Positions 50,734 to 62,322 of a stretch of 64,000 bases of DNA are shown here, in pieces. Made by a program: the position numbers and the translations under genes. The notes beneath the pieces were generated by a model. The model was given only the letters and a program-made list of their open reading frames with translations. It had not been told where the DNA came from and made no database searches. How positions within the stretch are numbered: position 1 is the stretch's first letter; every line of letters begins with the position of its first letter. The stretch comes from Podarcis bocagei (lineage: Eukaryota): NCBI GenBank assembly GCA_964188305.1, contig OZ076886.1; one strand, 5' to 3'.

Positions 50734-51003
50734 GTGAGGGGGAGGTGGGGGGCTTGGGTCCAGGCGCTGCGGGTGGGATCCGGGCGCGGAGGGAGGGGCG
50801 TGCATGTGCGTGTGTGTGTGAGACACACACACACACAACGTGGGGTGCGATGGCCCTTGAGGGATCCAGCGGGAGGATCTCTGGACTGGGATCTGGTGAG
50901 GGGAAAAGTTCCATGTTGGGAGTAGGCACCTTTTTAATAACCCACCCCTTTTCTTCAGGCTTTGGCGTATGTGGTTTTGCTGCCTGCCTGGCTGCCTGCC
51001 TGC

Positions 51004-51299
51004 GAGAAGCGCGGCGAGCGCGGAGGATCGGGCGCCCCGGAGGCCAGCCCCGCGCTTGGAGAGGACGCAGCAGCCGTCGCCAAACCCGATCCTCCTCCTC
51101 CTGCTCCGCCGCCGTCCTCTGGCTCTCGGCCGGGAGGAGCCTGCGGCGACGGGGCGGGCGCCGAAGTTGGCAGAAGTTGGCGCGCCTCCTCGGCAGCGCC
51201 TTCGTCCTCCTCCTCCTGCCTCTGCTCTCCTCCGGCAGCGGGGGCGTGCCGTCCTCCCCGGCCGGGGGGCTCGGCGGGGCCCGCGGGGAAGGAGGCCAT
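51004..51299 (-). pseudogene. SIX5: Captured SIX5 exon-1 fragment B (start codon and N-terminus); GC-rich sequence above 51299 is probably its 5' UTR
   Basis: ATG at 51299 gives MASFPAGPAEP...PAAGGE...EEEDEGAAEEARQLL...PRFS, resembling recalled SIX5 N-terminus (MATLPAEP...PAAGGE...EEEEEEARQLL). 51004-51178 duplicates 49741-49915. Confidence 0.85.
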
Positions 51300-54162
51300 G
51301 TTCACGGCGCACGGGATCGCGGCCCCCCTCGCCCACCTCCGGCCCCTTCCCCTCCCCCTGCGCGCTGCCCTAGCCGTGCGGGTCTCCTCCCCCTGCGGCG
51401 CAGTCCCCTTTCCACATCCTAGGAGCCGCGGTCCGCCTTCCGCCCCCGGGCCGCGGCGCGGCTCCCAGCCCGGGCTGGCCTCTGCCTCCTGGGACGCGTG
51501 CCCACCCCCGCGGCCCCCCAAACTTCGGAGCAACTCTCCAGACGCTTCTCCCCCGCCTCGGTCTCCCTCCTTTCCACTTCTCTTCCCCCCTTCCTTCCCT
51601 CTTTCTTTTTCTCTCCCACCCGTCTTTCCTTCTATTAACTTTCCTTTCCCCTTCCCATGTAGAACAGTCCCTGCAAATAAAAACCTAGCATATTTGGAAG
51701 AGGGATGCTAGCCTAACCATTACCTTCTATGCTGTTACTATTTTTTTTTTTTTTTTTACATAAGTAAAAAGTGACCTTTCCCCATCTGGCATGGTGGTGT
51801 GCCTCGAGATTTTTTACATGAAACAAGTGTGCCTTTGCCCAAAAAAGGTTGGGAAACACTGATCTATCTCATAAGGAGATAGTTCTTTTGTCCTCTCTTG
51901 GCTGCAAGCTAAGGCTAAGAAGATGTTGCTTCTTCGAGGAATGGAGTCAGAGAGAGAGATGGCTGCCTCCGCTGAGGTATTTTGTTACCTGCATAGGTGA
52001 GGTCACACCCACCTCTGGTCACATGTAGAAGAAGTCTGTCCCAGCCCAGGAGGAAACAGGAAGTTCTGACTGGCTGGTCCAGACATCCCCTTTTATGTCC
52101 ACTCTAGGAATGTTATATTTGACTGCTCTGTGTTTCACATCCCACAGAAACCTTGGAGGCTCCCTCTTCTTCAACTCAGGATGAGGAGGCAGGCTAGGGG
52201 ACAGGAGGAAGCCCATAGCACTGTTTGAGCTGTCAGGGGAAGAGGACAGCTAGGCATTGTCTCCGAGACAACTAGGAGGCTACATTAGCTTCTTTTATTT
52301 TCCCCATCTAACTACTATTTACCTTGCTGTTCTGTGAGTGGGAAGCTGGCTGAACCCCTGTCTGAAATCCAGGAGAGATGCTGATATGATAGTCAGTGCA
52401 GACAATATGGAGTTAGATGGACCAATGGTCTGACTCAGTGTAAGGCAGTTTCCTATGTTGTACCCAGAAAGTTCTGAGAATGAGTGTTGGTCTCTAATAC
52501 AACCTTGCACTTCAAACCCCTTCCGTATATGGAATTCCAAGCAGGCAAGTGAGAGGACAGAAAGAGGAGAGGCGGAGTGCTCCATTCCTCATCCACTAGG
52601 CCACTTTGTTTCTGTCACTTCCTCTGCCGCTAGGACAGACATGCCGTGGGCTGATAGAAGGCCTTAAAAAAAATGGCATTAGCCTATTAATAGGCTAGTA
52701 GCCGCCATTTCCAATCTGCCACTAAAAGAGGGAGTTTCCTCTGTCCTGTGGCTAGCCTGGAAATTCAGGCTATTAGCCTGTTAGTAGGATAGTTATTTAC
52801 TTGTTTATGTATTGCTGGCTAGCAGCTTTTGTGGGCTTGTTTACAAAAGCTGCTGTCATAAAAGCAAAACAACCAAGCTGATCAAAACATTTTTTTTCCA
52901 GATATGTTAAATAGCCCTGAAAAAATGAAGGTTAGGAAGGATAAAGTATTTGCTCAGTATTTGCTCATTCTTTTCTGCCCTGCTTATTTGCATAAATTGG
53001 GCTTCTTAGCACAATTTGCATAATCAGGCATGTAGTGTACAGCCTCTAGTCCTCCAGGCTAATTTGTATGCTTAAAGAAGCATTTTTTTTAATCAATCTG
53101 TTGATTATGCATATGAACCTAGTGAATTGTGACTGCAAAATCCATCTGGACAAAGGGACACGGAAATGAACACTTTCCTTCTGTATAAGATTCATTCTCC
53201 CAAACCAGCAATTGTCACTGTGAGATATCTTAGGTACTCCTATGTCTATAAAAGTCCATTTTTATATTTTGCTCAGACTTTTCATCGTACAGCTGTGTAG
53301 CTTTCTTTATTGCTTAATTTTATTGGTTCATATCTAATGGGAACTTCTAGTTCTCAAATTTAGCTTGGCATTTATGTTTGTTTTTTAAAATGATTTTTAT
53401 TAACAATATTCTTGGTTAATGTATGTATATTTGTGTCTGTGTGTCCATGTTGTTGTAGTGACTCTTTTAAGCGGTGGGTGAAAGAAATTAGTAAATGTCA
53501 GTGGCTAACTTGTCCCAGCTCAATAAAACTGCCCTGCCCTGCTTGCTACATGAAAGGAGGTGGTAGGTTTTGAGCAAAACTGGGCACTCAAAAGAAGCCA
53601 AAATATGCTGCTAAAATATTCACAGTGCTCTGACAGCATTTTCACTTGTTTGCCTAATTTCTGTATTAATTTCCTGCAGAGTGTAGGAGAAGAAAATTTA
53701 ACTTTATGAGAAAGACAGGATGTCTTTTACACTTGCAACCCCTTTATCCTGGAAGCCTTTGCTGCTGTGAATGCTTGAGATCGATCCTGGGATCTTCTGG
53801 CATGCTAGGCTTGTGTCACAGGCCTGAGATGCTCTCTTGTCTCCCTTTCCATGCTAAAGTACACAACTATTGCTAGGGCTAGAATGATAAATCTCTAGAT
53901 CTGTGCTTGGGTGACTTGTGGTAAGCCACTGTAGCAGAATTACAAGTGTCTGAGCATCCTAACAAAGGGACAAGGTATTCTGTGGAGATAGCATCTCAGG
54001 GTCACATGCCAGTAGAGTGGAGAAACATTCAATTCACCTGAATGTAGTTAACTAAAAGTGGGCAATGAAAGCGGTTAGGTGCTAGCCTGTGAGGCAGCTA
54101 AACCAAGTTGGTTCAGCTACTTTGTTAAAGAGTTCAGGCCTTGAGTTAAAGTCAAGATTTCT

Positions 54163-54477
54163 TTTTTCTTTGTAAATGATATTTATTAAAAATTTAAAAG
54201 TTACAGAAGAAAAAAAGAAATAACAATAAAGTAGAAAAAAACAATAACAAAACACATAAAACATATAAAAACCATACAATAATACAGCAAAAAAAAAAAA
54301 AACCAGACAAAAAAGAAGCTAAAAAACACACCCAATATTCCATGTCTTTGCCTTTCCTTAACTTATTTCATCGACCTCACACCTCCCTTTTTTTGTATTC
54401 TAGTTCAATTCACTATTTCAGCAAGTTCTTCCCATCTTTCTCAATTTTGATTCTATAGTTTTAACGATCTAACCTTA
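54163..54477 (-). mobile_element. L1-type 3' UTR stub
   Basis: 15-bp TSD AAAGTCAAGATTTCT at 54148-54162 and 54478-54492; similar to 3079-3311. Confidence 0.75.
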
Positions 54478-54981
54478 AAAGTCAAGATTTCTGCTGGCTT
54501 CAAGGTCCCAGAAGAGGTTTTGCATTTCTTCAGACACAAATGGAGACAGAAGCCAGATACTTCTCAAGTTAAGTCCTTCAAAGCTTTTGCCTTAATGGAC
54601 TTCTTCTGTTGTTAGTAGGTCTCTGTCAGGTGCTGAGAAAACTACATATCAAAGAATTTATGCCACAATCTCATTGATCTAAATCTCCAAGAGAAAAACA
54701 ATCCTAGTAGATTGTTCCTGCCATCTGCCAAGCGAGTTGTCTTAACAACATCCTACAATACACTTCAAGCACTTAAGGAAACCAGCCAACTTTGCAAGAT
54801 GATACGTACACTTTCCAGTGGAAGCTGTCACACATTTTGCAAATATGTCATGCGTATTTAACCAAATATTTGATAAATACGTGCGAAAGACAGAATGTCT
54901 TCTTTCCCCACCAGGGACCAGCAAATCCAGCATTAGAAACTGACGATCATTTCTTGCTATCACTTTTTAATTTTATTAATA

Positions 54982-55202
54982 CAGTCGTACCTTGGTTTTC
55001 AAACAGCTTAGTTCTCGAACGTTTTGGCTCCTGAACGCCGCAAACCTGGAAGTGAGTGTTCCAGTTTGCAGACTATTTTTGGAAGCCCAAATGTCTGACG
55101 GGGCTCCTGTGGCCAATCAGAAGCTGCGCTTTGGTTTCTTAATGTTTTGGAAGTCGAACGGACTTCTGAAACGGATTCCGTTCGACTTCCAAGGTATGAC
55201 TG
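54982..55202. mobile_element. Tc1/mariner-type MITE (CAGTC(G/A)TACCTTGG family)
   Basis: TIRs with TA TSDs. A related, interrupted copy lies at ~2894-3372. Confidence 0.75.
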
Positions 55203-55531
55203 TATTATATTGTGCTTAGAATATATATAGATGACTTGTCATGCTTTCAATTTGGGTTTACACTGCACATAACCACATGTGTTCAGGGAATGCAAAATAT
55301 GTATTATACACTGCCTGCTATATTATGAGAATCCAAAGCCACTTGCAGCTCCTCAAATATTGTTATGAATTTGAATGGTCTTGATTACTTTGAATTGGTC
55401 TCATCACTACGGTTTCGCCTCAAGTATCACCTGATGGGAATCAGGTACTTGACAAAAGACAGTAATGGTTTTGAATGGCTGCAGATGTGTATTCCTGAAT
55501 AAAAATGTTACCTGCAGGAGAGGAGTCTGAG

Positions 55532-55715
55532 AAGGACCATAGCTCAGTGGTAGAGCATCTGCTTTGCACGCCTAAGGTCCCAGGATCAATCTCTGGCACC
55601 GGCAGGTAGGGCTGGGAATGTCCCCTCTCTGAAACCCTGGAAAGCCACTGTCAGCTATTGTGGGCCATACTAGATGGGCCCAGGGTCTGACTAAGCATAA
55701 GGCTGTTTCCTATGT
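55532..55715 (+). mobile_element. tRNA-derived SINE
   Basis: Box A-like ATAGCTCAGTGGTAGAGC and a degenerate box B GGATCAATC, followed by a non-tRNA body. Confidence 0.7.
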
Positions 55716-57652
55716 CCGCCATGCTTTGCATGTGTGTGTGAGAAACAGCCACACGGGCAGTTTGATTTGAGAGGACAAGAGCTGTAAGTTTAATCTTTGG
55801 GAATTGTTGTTCTCCGTAGAGACTTGGTGCAAGATTGGATAGGACTCAGCACTGTTAGGCAATTGTCAACTGCTTGAACTCAATAGTTCAACTACATACT
55901 CTCCAACACCTGGACATTGAATTCCCAGACACCATCTTCTCATTTTTTCTCATGAGAGCATGGTGGTCATTTTGGGAGCTGTTACCTTGCGAGATTTTGT
56001 GCCGTGATTTTCCCCTGATAAAAAAGCAATTTTTTACAGGCCTGGCACCCAAAAAACATGTGTTTTTGTGCACTGCACAAGATTGTGCCTCTCCAAGCAC
56101 TTTTTGAGGGGCGGGGGTCACAGCGGGAAATTACAGGAGATCACAGTGCCCAAAATGGCCACCATTCTCTTGTGAGAAGAAACAGGATGTCCTGTTTTTT
56201 TCTGGGAGACTTGTGGGTTATGCAGCTACCCAGGCCTGGTGGTTCTCTGTGTTCCTTCACCCAGAGCTAGAGCCTGGGGGGGGGGAGGCGGCTGTGGCTG
56301 GCACTCACCACCATAATTTCATTACAACGTATCTGGAGTTCTAATGTAGCATTGAACTGGAGCAACTCTCTGGCAAGGCCCCAGAGGCACTGTGACGGAA
56401 TTAAGATGATGAATGCCAGCAGCAGAGCTTATAATAATAATAATTTATTATTTATACCCTGCCCATCTGGCTGGGTTCCTCAGCCACTCTGGGCAGCTCC
56501 CAACCAACTATTAAAAACACAGTACTTGTGGGCTGGACCTGCTTTCTTGCTACATCTGTATCTGGCTGATACTGGCAAGGAAACAGGGGGGAACTAAGGG
56601 CTCTTCCAAAATTGGTGCTTGCCTGAGATTAGTGGGTGTGCTCCCTGCTTAGAGGAGTATATGATCTGCCTCTATGTGACTCTGGTGCTCTTGCATTTTC
56701 ATGCTGTTTCAGAGAAGAGGCCAGCTGAAAATGGATGTTCTTAGCAATAAACAGTCTAGGAAAGCAACATAGCTTGAACACAGTGCAGCTGGCATCTCAG
56801 TCCTTGCCTATTTTGCTTACTTTAAGATGAAGGCTGGGATAATGATAATCTTTTGAGCTAGTATTTAAGATACTTTCATTTGAGTTTTTGTGTGTGAAGG
56901 CCCCTTTTTATTTGATGTTGTTGCTTCTGTTTGTACAGTTTTATTACAATATTTTATTTTTCACTGTAATTGAAATTATTTGGATGATTGTGTAAACCAC
57001 ATTGGTCTGCTTTGCCAAGAAGGGCAGGATAAACATTTTATTAATTAATATCTATACTTAATGAATTAATGGAATAAATAAATAACATATTGCTTTGCAA
57101 ATCTTTCTGGGAGATTAGAACCGACTAACCAAAATGGCTAAACACATCAAAAGAGAAGAAAAAAGAAAAGAAAAGTGTTACTCTTAGAAAGTTCTGGAAA
57201 TGAATGAATGGATTTAATGTTTTAAAAATATCCAAAGCATTAATGAGCTTTATTTCCTCAAGTGTGGGCTTTTTCCAAGTCTATAATCTTCTGAGAGCTG
57301 AGCAGCCACTAGAGGTGCTTGGATTTCTAGCTGAAGATAGCTCTGTGTTATTCTCATGCCATGTTTTCTTGTCCTGGGCACTCTGAATTATTATGTCTCT
57401 AAAGTCAAGGTTATAAGCAGTACTTAACTGAGTGGAAAAACTTCCCTGCTTTCCCCATAATGTAATTTTCTTCTCTCAATTTGATCAGGAAACAAATGTG
57501 GAAACTGCTGAGAAAACTAGCAGTCTTTTCTGACAGGATGTGTGTCATATCTGTTGATATTGTCAGGGTACGGTGAATACTTTGAGCATCTTTTGGCTTT
57601 CCAGCTCACTGTTGCACATGGCTGGCTGAAACCATTTAGATCAGGGATGTCC

Positions 57653-58287
57653 TTTTTTAAAAAAAATTTTTTTAAATTCAAAATTAAAACAAGACATATT
57701 ATCCAAAAACATATCATCCTTGTCCCCCCCCCATTTTTCCTCCCTCCCCCCTCCCACACAAAACCCAACCGCCCCCAGTTCCAGTCTTTGGTTTCTCTGA
57801 GACTGCTGTTTTCTGCATGTTACAAAGTTGTATAGATCCTCAAACTATTTAGCTGATTATTATCAATAAAAAGTTTGTGAATGTTTATTCAAAACCTGTC
57901 AAGGAGTCCAGTTCACTTTGTTGCATCTTCAGATACTTTGTAAAGGGTTCCCATTCATCCTTAAAGTCACAGTTATCATTGTCCTGTAGCTTATATGTCA
58001 GTTTTGCCAGTTCTGCATAGTCGGTCAATTTTTCTTGCCATGATTCTTTAGTTGGCGTTTCTTCCATCTTCCATCCTTGTGCTGCCAGAACTCTCGCGGC
58101 TGTTGTTGCATACATGAAGATGTTTTTCAGCTTTTTTGGCAGGTCTTTCCCTACAATCCCCAACAAAAATGCCTCGGTTTTTTTTAACAAATGTTAAAAC
58201 ATTTTCTTCAATTCATTGTATATCATTTCCCAAAAATGTTTAATTACATTACAATCCCACCACATATGATAATATGATCTTATCATA
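57653..58287 (-). mobile_element. 5'-truncated L1-type LINE
   Basis: ORF2 C-terminus-like peptide (HMWWDC...FW...FLLGI...TTAARVLAAQGWK...W...W..F), A-rich tail, and a 17-bp TSD TTAGATCAGGGATGTCC at 57636-57652 and 58288-58304. Confidence 0.85.
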
Positions 58288-61200
58288 TTAGATCAGGGAT
58301 GTCCAGCCAGTTGATCATGGGATGATAGTGATCACATAATGTAACCCCCCCCCCCGTTTGTATGATCCCTCCTGCGCATTTTTCGCTGCCTAAAGTGTTC
58401 ATTTGCAGCCTTTTCTTTGGTGTTTTGATTTCAAAAAAAGCTCAGCTACTCTGATCTCCCCCTCCCCAAATAGCTCAGCAACTCTGGGCAATTCTCCCCC
58501 CTCTTCCTGTTAGTCACCACCTTGGGTAGATCACTGGCATTTTTTAAAAAAATACTGTGAGTAGATCGCAGTCCCTTGGGAGTTGGATGTGCCTGCTCTA
58601 GATCAATGATGTAGTGCAGGACCTCTGTCTGGGAGATGTTTCTTGATCTTCCTTCCTGTTTATGATGTCATTCCCTTAGTTAGTGCCCTCCGTCTCATCA
58701 AGGTGGCCATCAAACATTTGTGGTCATAGTGGTCCTGATTGTGCAGAGTACACATCCCTAAGACATCTACCTCCATTATCTTTTCCTCCTTTCAAAAATA
58801 ATGGGAAACTATTTGATGTAATCTTCTAGCCTTTTTATTTTTAAGGACATGCAGTCACAAGATCATAATAACTCTTTAGGAGTTTTAGATACCTCAGATC
58901 TTTTTACTTCTCAATTTTATCTAATTAATTCTGGGACTGAGGGATAATTATGCACATTATGATAATGCTTTCCCCCAGCTAATATTTTAATTGCTAGCTG
59001 TCCCCATGCAGGGCTACAAAAGGGAATAAAAAGTCAAGAAGTCAGAATGAGTCATCTGAAGTAGCAGATGGAAGAAGGACTAATTGCGCCAAGCAAAGGG
59101 AACTGTCCCTCCCTATATGCACAAGGAATTGGACTGTCTTGGAATGCAAAGGAGAAGATGATTCCAGAGGACAGATTTTGGATGAATATCTTATTACCTA
59201 TAAATAAAACAATAGCACACTGAGTGGTCCACGGGTGATTTGAATTATTTCCAGTTTTATTTATTTTATATCATATCAGTGATTTATTTAAATTTGTTTC
59301 TTGAGCTCTTCCATTTAAAGAAAATAAAATCAGCTCTGGAGCAAGTAAGGTCAAGCCTGGTTTTACTAAAATTCTTGATTTAATCTGTGTATTCCCAATA
59401 TACTTCTGAGCCAGAAAACATTAATATTAATTTAGGTCTATTCTGGAAATCTTTCATCACTTAAGCTTGCTAAGGATATTTAAGTATTAATAACATACAC
59501 ATCACTTTTGGAACACAATGTCTCAAATCTGTTTACTTATGAGGCCAGTTCATTCAGGACTTGAGAGGCCTGATCCAGGATTATGCATGGAGCCCATAAA
59601 CTGGTCTTCAACTATTCAAATGGAGAAGATGGGTCCAAATGGGACCTCTCTGTCTTCAATCCTCCATATGAATACCAAAATTTCCCATCCAAGTCCTGAT
59701 TTTTCTCTGGATTTTAGCCTGAGTATAGTATTTTATTAGAGTAGGTGACATTTGGATGTGCCATTCCTAAGCTGATGGTGGAGCTGTGTCTTATCTTCTA
59801 AGGTATCATCCTCTAAAGTTTCATCCATGGTTAAGAAGAATCAAATCAGACCTTGAAGGACAAAAAGCAATGAATTTGACTGAAAGTGCAGACAATCTAT
59901 CCAGTAGTTCAAGAGCAAAATTTTATGCAAATGCAAAATTGTTAAACATTTCAAGATTCAAATCCAACATTTATATTTTGAAATATACAATTTTGCAATT
60001 TGGATCTGAGACAAAATTTTTGAAAGTACCCAGTTGAAAAGGAAATAATACTAAGTATTGATCATCTAAAATGACAACTTGTATACCATGTCTGTCCTCA
60101 TGGCTGGTTATGGGGGTGGGGAGACATAGAACATTGAGATGATTTGCATACACACCATACATTTATAGCACACACCCTGAGAATCCTGGGAACTGTAACT
60201 CATTAAGAGTGCTGGTTATTGTAGCTCTGTGAGGAATAAACTACAATCCCCAGGATTCTTGGGATGTGTGTGTGCGCGCGCTTTAAATGCATGATGTGTA
60301 TGCAGTCATTGTATATAAAAAACTCTACACTCCACCCATGAGAAATTATCAATATTTCCGCATCCCTTTCATAATTTCCCAATGTAATTCTTTTTCTCAT
60401 TAATTGATGGTGAAAAATGCAGGTGAGATTTTCAACACAGCACTAGTTTTGACTATACCTTCAAGAACATGGCAAAATCTTCCAGGCATTCTGTTTTTCC
60501 CCCTTGGGCTACTACAATGTACTTGCCAGGTGGAGCACTAGTAGTAGTAATTTAACCAGCTCTTATTGTTCATTTCCAATAGGAGTTAAGCAGATGTCTG
60601 AAGAATTTCTCAGGGTTGAGTAGCATTGTCTCCTAGTGGGATAGAGGCCCTTTTCATTACACCCATAGGATGTACTAATTTCTTACTTTCAGAGTGCAGC
60701 ACCTTCACAGAACCATCACTCCTCATCCTGAGCTGGAGGAATACATTAGAAAACAAAGTGATTAGAAGGTTATAGTCAAGCACTTTCCGTTCATTTCCTG
60801 GTGCCAGCTGAGACTCAGAGCAACAGGATAGAAATTTACAAAAAGTCCCTTTATCATCATTGATGTGGAGCCAAACCCAAAACAAGAAGAGCTCAATATA
60901 GTTGGAACTTGGTTTCAGCTGCCAAGATTAAAAGTGATTCCAAATATCTCCCAAATTGCAGAAAAAGAGAAAGCTTGGCTTAACTTTGGCACAGACAGTT
61001 GCTATATTCAGACCCAGATTCCAACGCTTTCTCAGTTTGACTTACACAATTTTAATGTAATTTTGGGGGTCCCTTTGTAAAACTCCATTCACCATACCTT
61101 GGTGTGAGACTGTTGTGTGCAAAGAAAAATGCAGGATTATTTATTTATTTATTTTTTAAAAAACACATTGTTTTCCCTCAAAACAGGCCAAGACTTTATT

Positions 61201-62276
61201 TAAATTCTCTTATCCCCCCACAAAGAGCCTCACTTCTGCTCTGTTGCTACATATAATGTGGTTTGATATGCTTTCAAACTCCTAATCTATCCATGCCAAG
61301 AGTTTAGACGTCTAGGAGATTGTTTTCAATTACTTCTTGGAGCCCACGAAGGAAAATAAATCAGGAACTGATTTATATTGATTTAATATCCCTCAATGCA
61401 CCTATTCATTATTTTATACCCCTGGAGCTCATTAGAGTCTCCTTCCGCAGGAGAAAGTCTTGGTGGCTTGATAGTTTTATCAGCTCATAGAGCTTCACTT
61501 GGTCACACTAGTTCTTCAGAGCGTATAATAGTCTAAAGGGTTTTTGCTGTTCTACCCTAAAGCTTTTAACAAGCATTCTCCAAGGAGAGATTGGCTGACG
61601 TTTAAAATATAACAACCCCCTGTGATGTGGCAAAGATTGTGTTACACTACAGTAGGTGTGTATTATAGTTATTACTATACAGAGCAGGGAGGCTGGAAAC
61701 CATACACTTTACTGTGTATCTGTACGTCCTTTTCTATGCACGTAAGCAATATTCCCAAAATTCGGTCCCACTCAATGATCAATGCAAAAGGAAGGTGATA
61801 CTCAATTGCACACAGGTAACACATGGATGAAAGGATTAGGTTAAAGGACAAGGAATTAAGTACCAACTCTTTCATTCCGTTTGGTTTTCATATCCTTAAC
61901 CAATCTGTTTCTCAATTCTTCATGTGTTTCCACAGTTTCTAAATATTTTGTCTTAGCCTGAGTCAGAACATTTGGTCTGCCCAGTGGATTAAAAGCCTAA
62001 GCATAAAGCAGATTCATGAGTCTATATCAGGGGTCGGCAACCTGTGGCCAATGGCTGAACAGTGGAAGGGCACCGGTGGCAGAAGGCCTCTTTAGGGAAA
62101 GCGTGCCTCAGTTTAAGAACGGTTTCAGTTTAAGAATGGACTTTTGGAACGGATAAGTTTGTAAACAAAGGTACCACTGTATTCCATAATTAATGTATTA
62201 GTATTTAAGATGCCATAAGAGTCTTCATTGTTTTTTGCTACAGCAGACTGACACTACTAAAAGCTTCAGTTATTTG

Positions 62277-62278
<2 letters not shown>

Positions 62279-62320
<42 letters not shown>
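62279..62320. repeat. (CA)n microsatellite
   Basis: Direct reading of the sequence. Confidence 0.95.

Positions 62321-62322
<2 letters not shown>

Larger units (their letters stand above)
49305..51861 (+). mobile_element. Non-autonomous Pack-type hAT element of the same family, carrying SIX5 and E2F5 fragments
   Basis: Same 15-bp TIRs as 10613-14860. Homologous first ~95 bp and near-identical last ~71 bp (51791-51861 vs 14790-14860). Perfect 8-bp TSD ATCTATCT at 49297-49304 and 51862-51869. No transposase. Confidence 0.95.

Noticed and set aside
49536-51299. Genuine SIX5 or E2F5 gene loci
   Set aside because: Only exon-1 pieces are present, with no homeodomain and no E2F5 exon 2. They are interleaved in opposite orientations and enclosed by TIRs and a TSD.
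49603-51619. Many overlapping 100-340 aa ORFs in the GC-rich cargo (also 10404-11314 and 24506-24949)
   Set aside because: Low-complexity Arg/Gly/Pro/Ala translations expected from stop-poor GC-rich DNA.
49130-52146. Possible solo LTR into which the Pack element inserted
   Set aside because: The flanks look LTR-like, but I could not find TG...CA ends with a matching TSD.
55532-55605. tRNA gene
   Set aside because: Degenerate stems and box B; continues into a SINE body.
55890-56210. Long imperfect inverted repeat as a structured RNA
   Set aside because: A related sequence occurs at ~62740-62880, so an old palindromic MITE is more likely.
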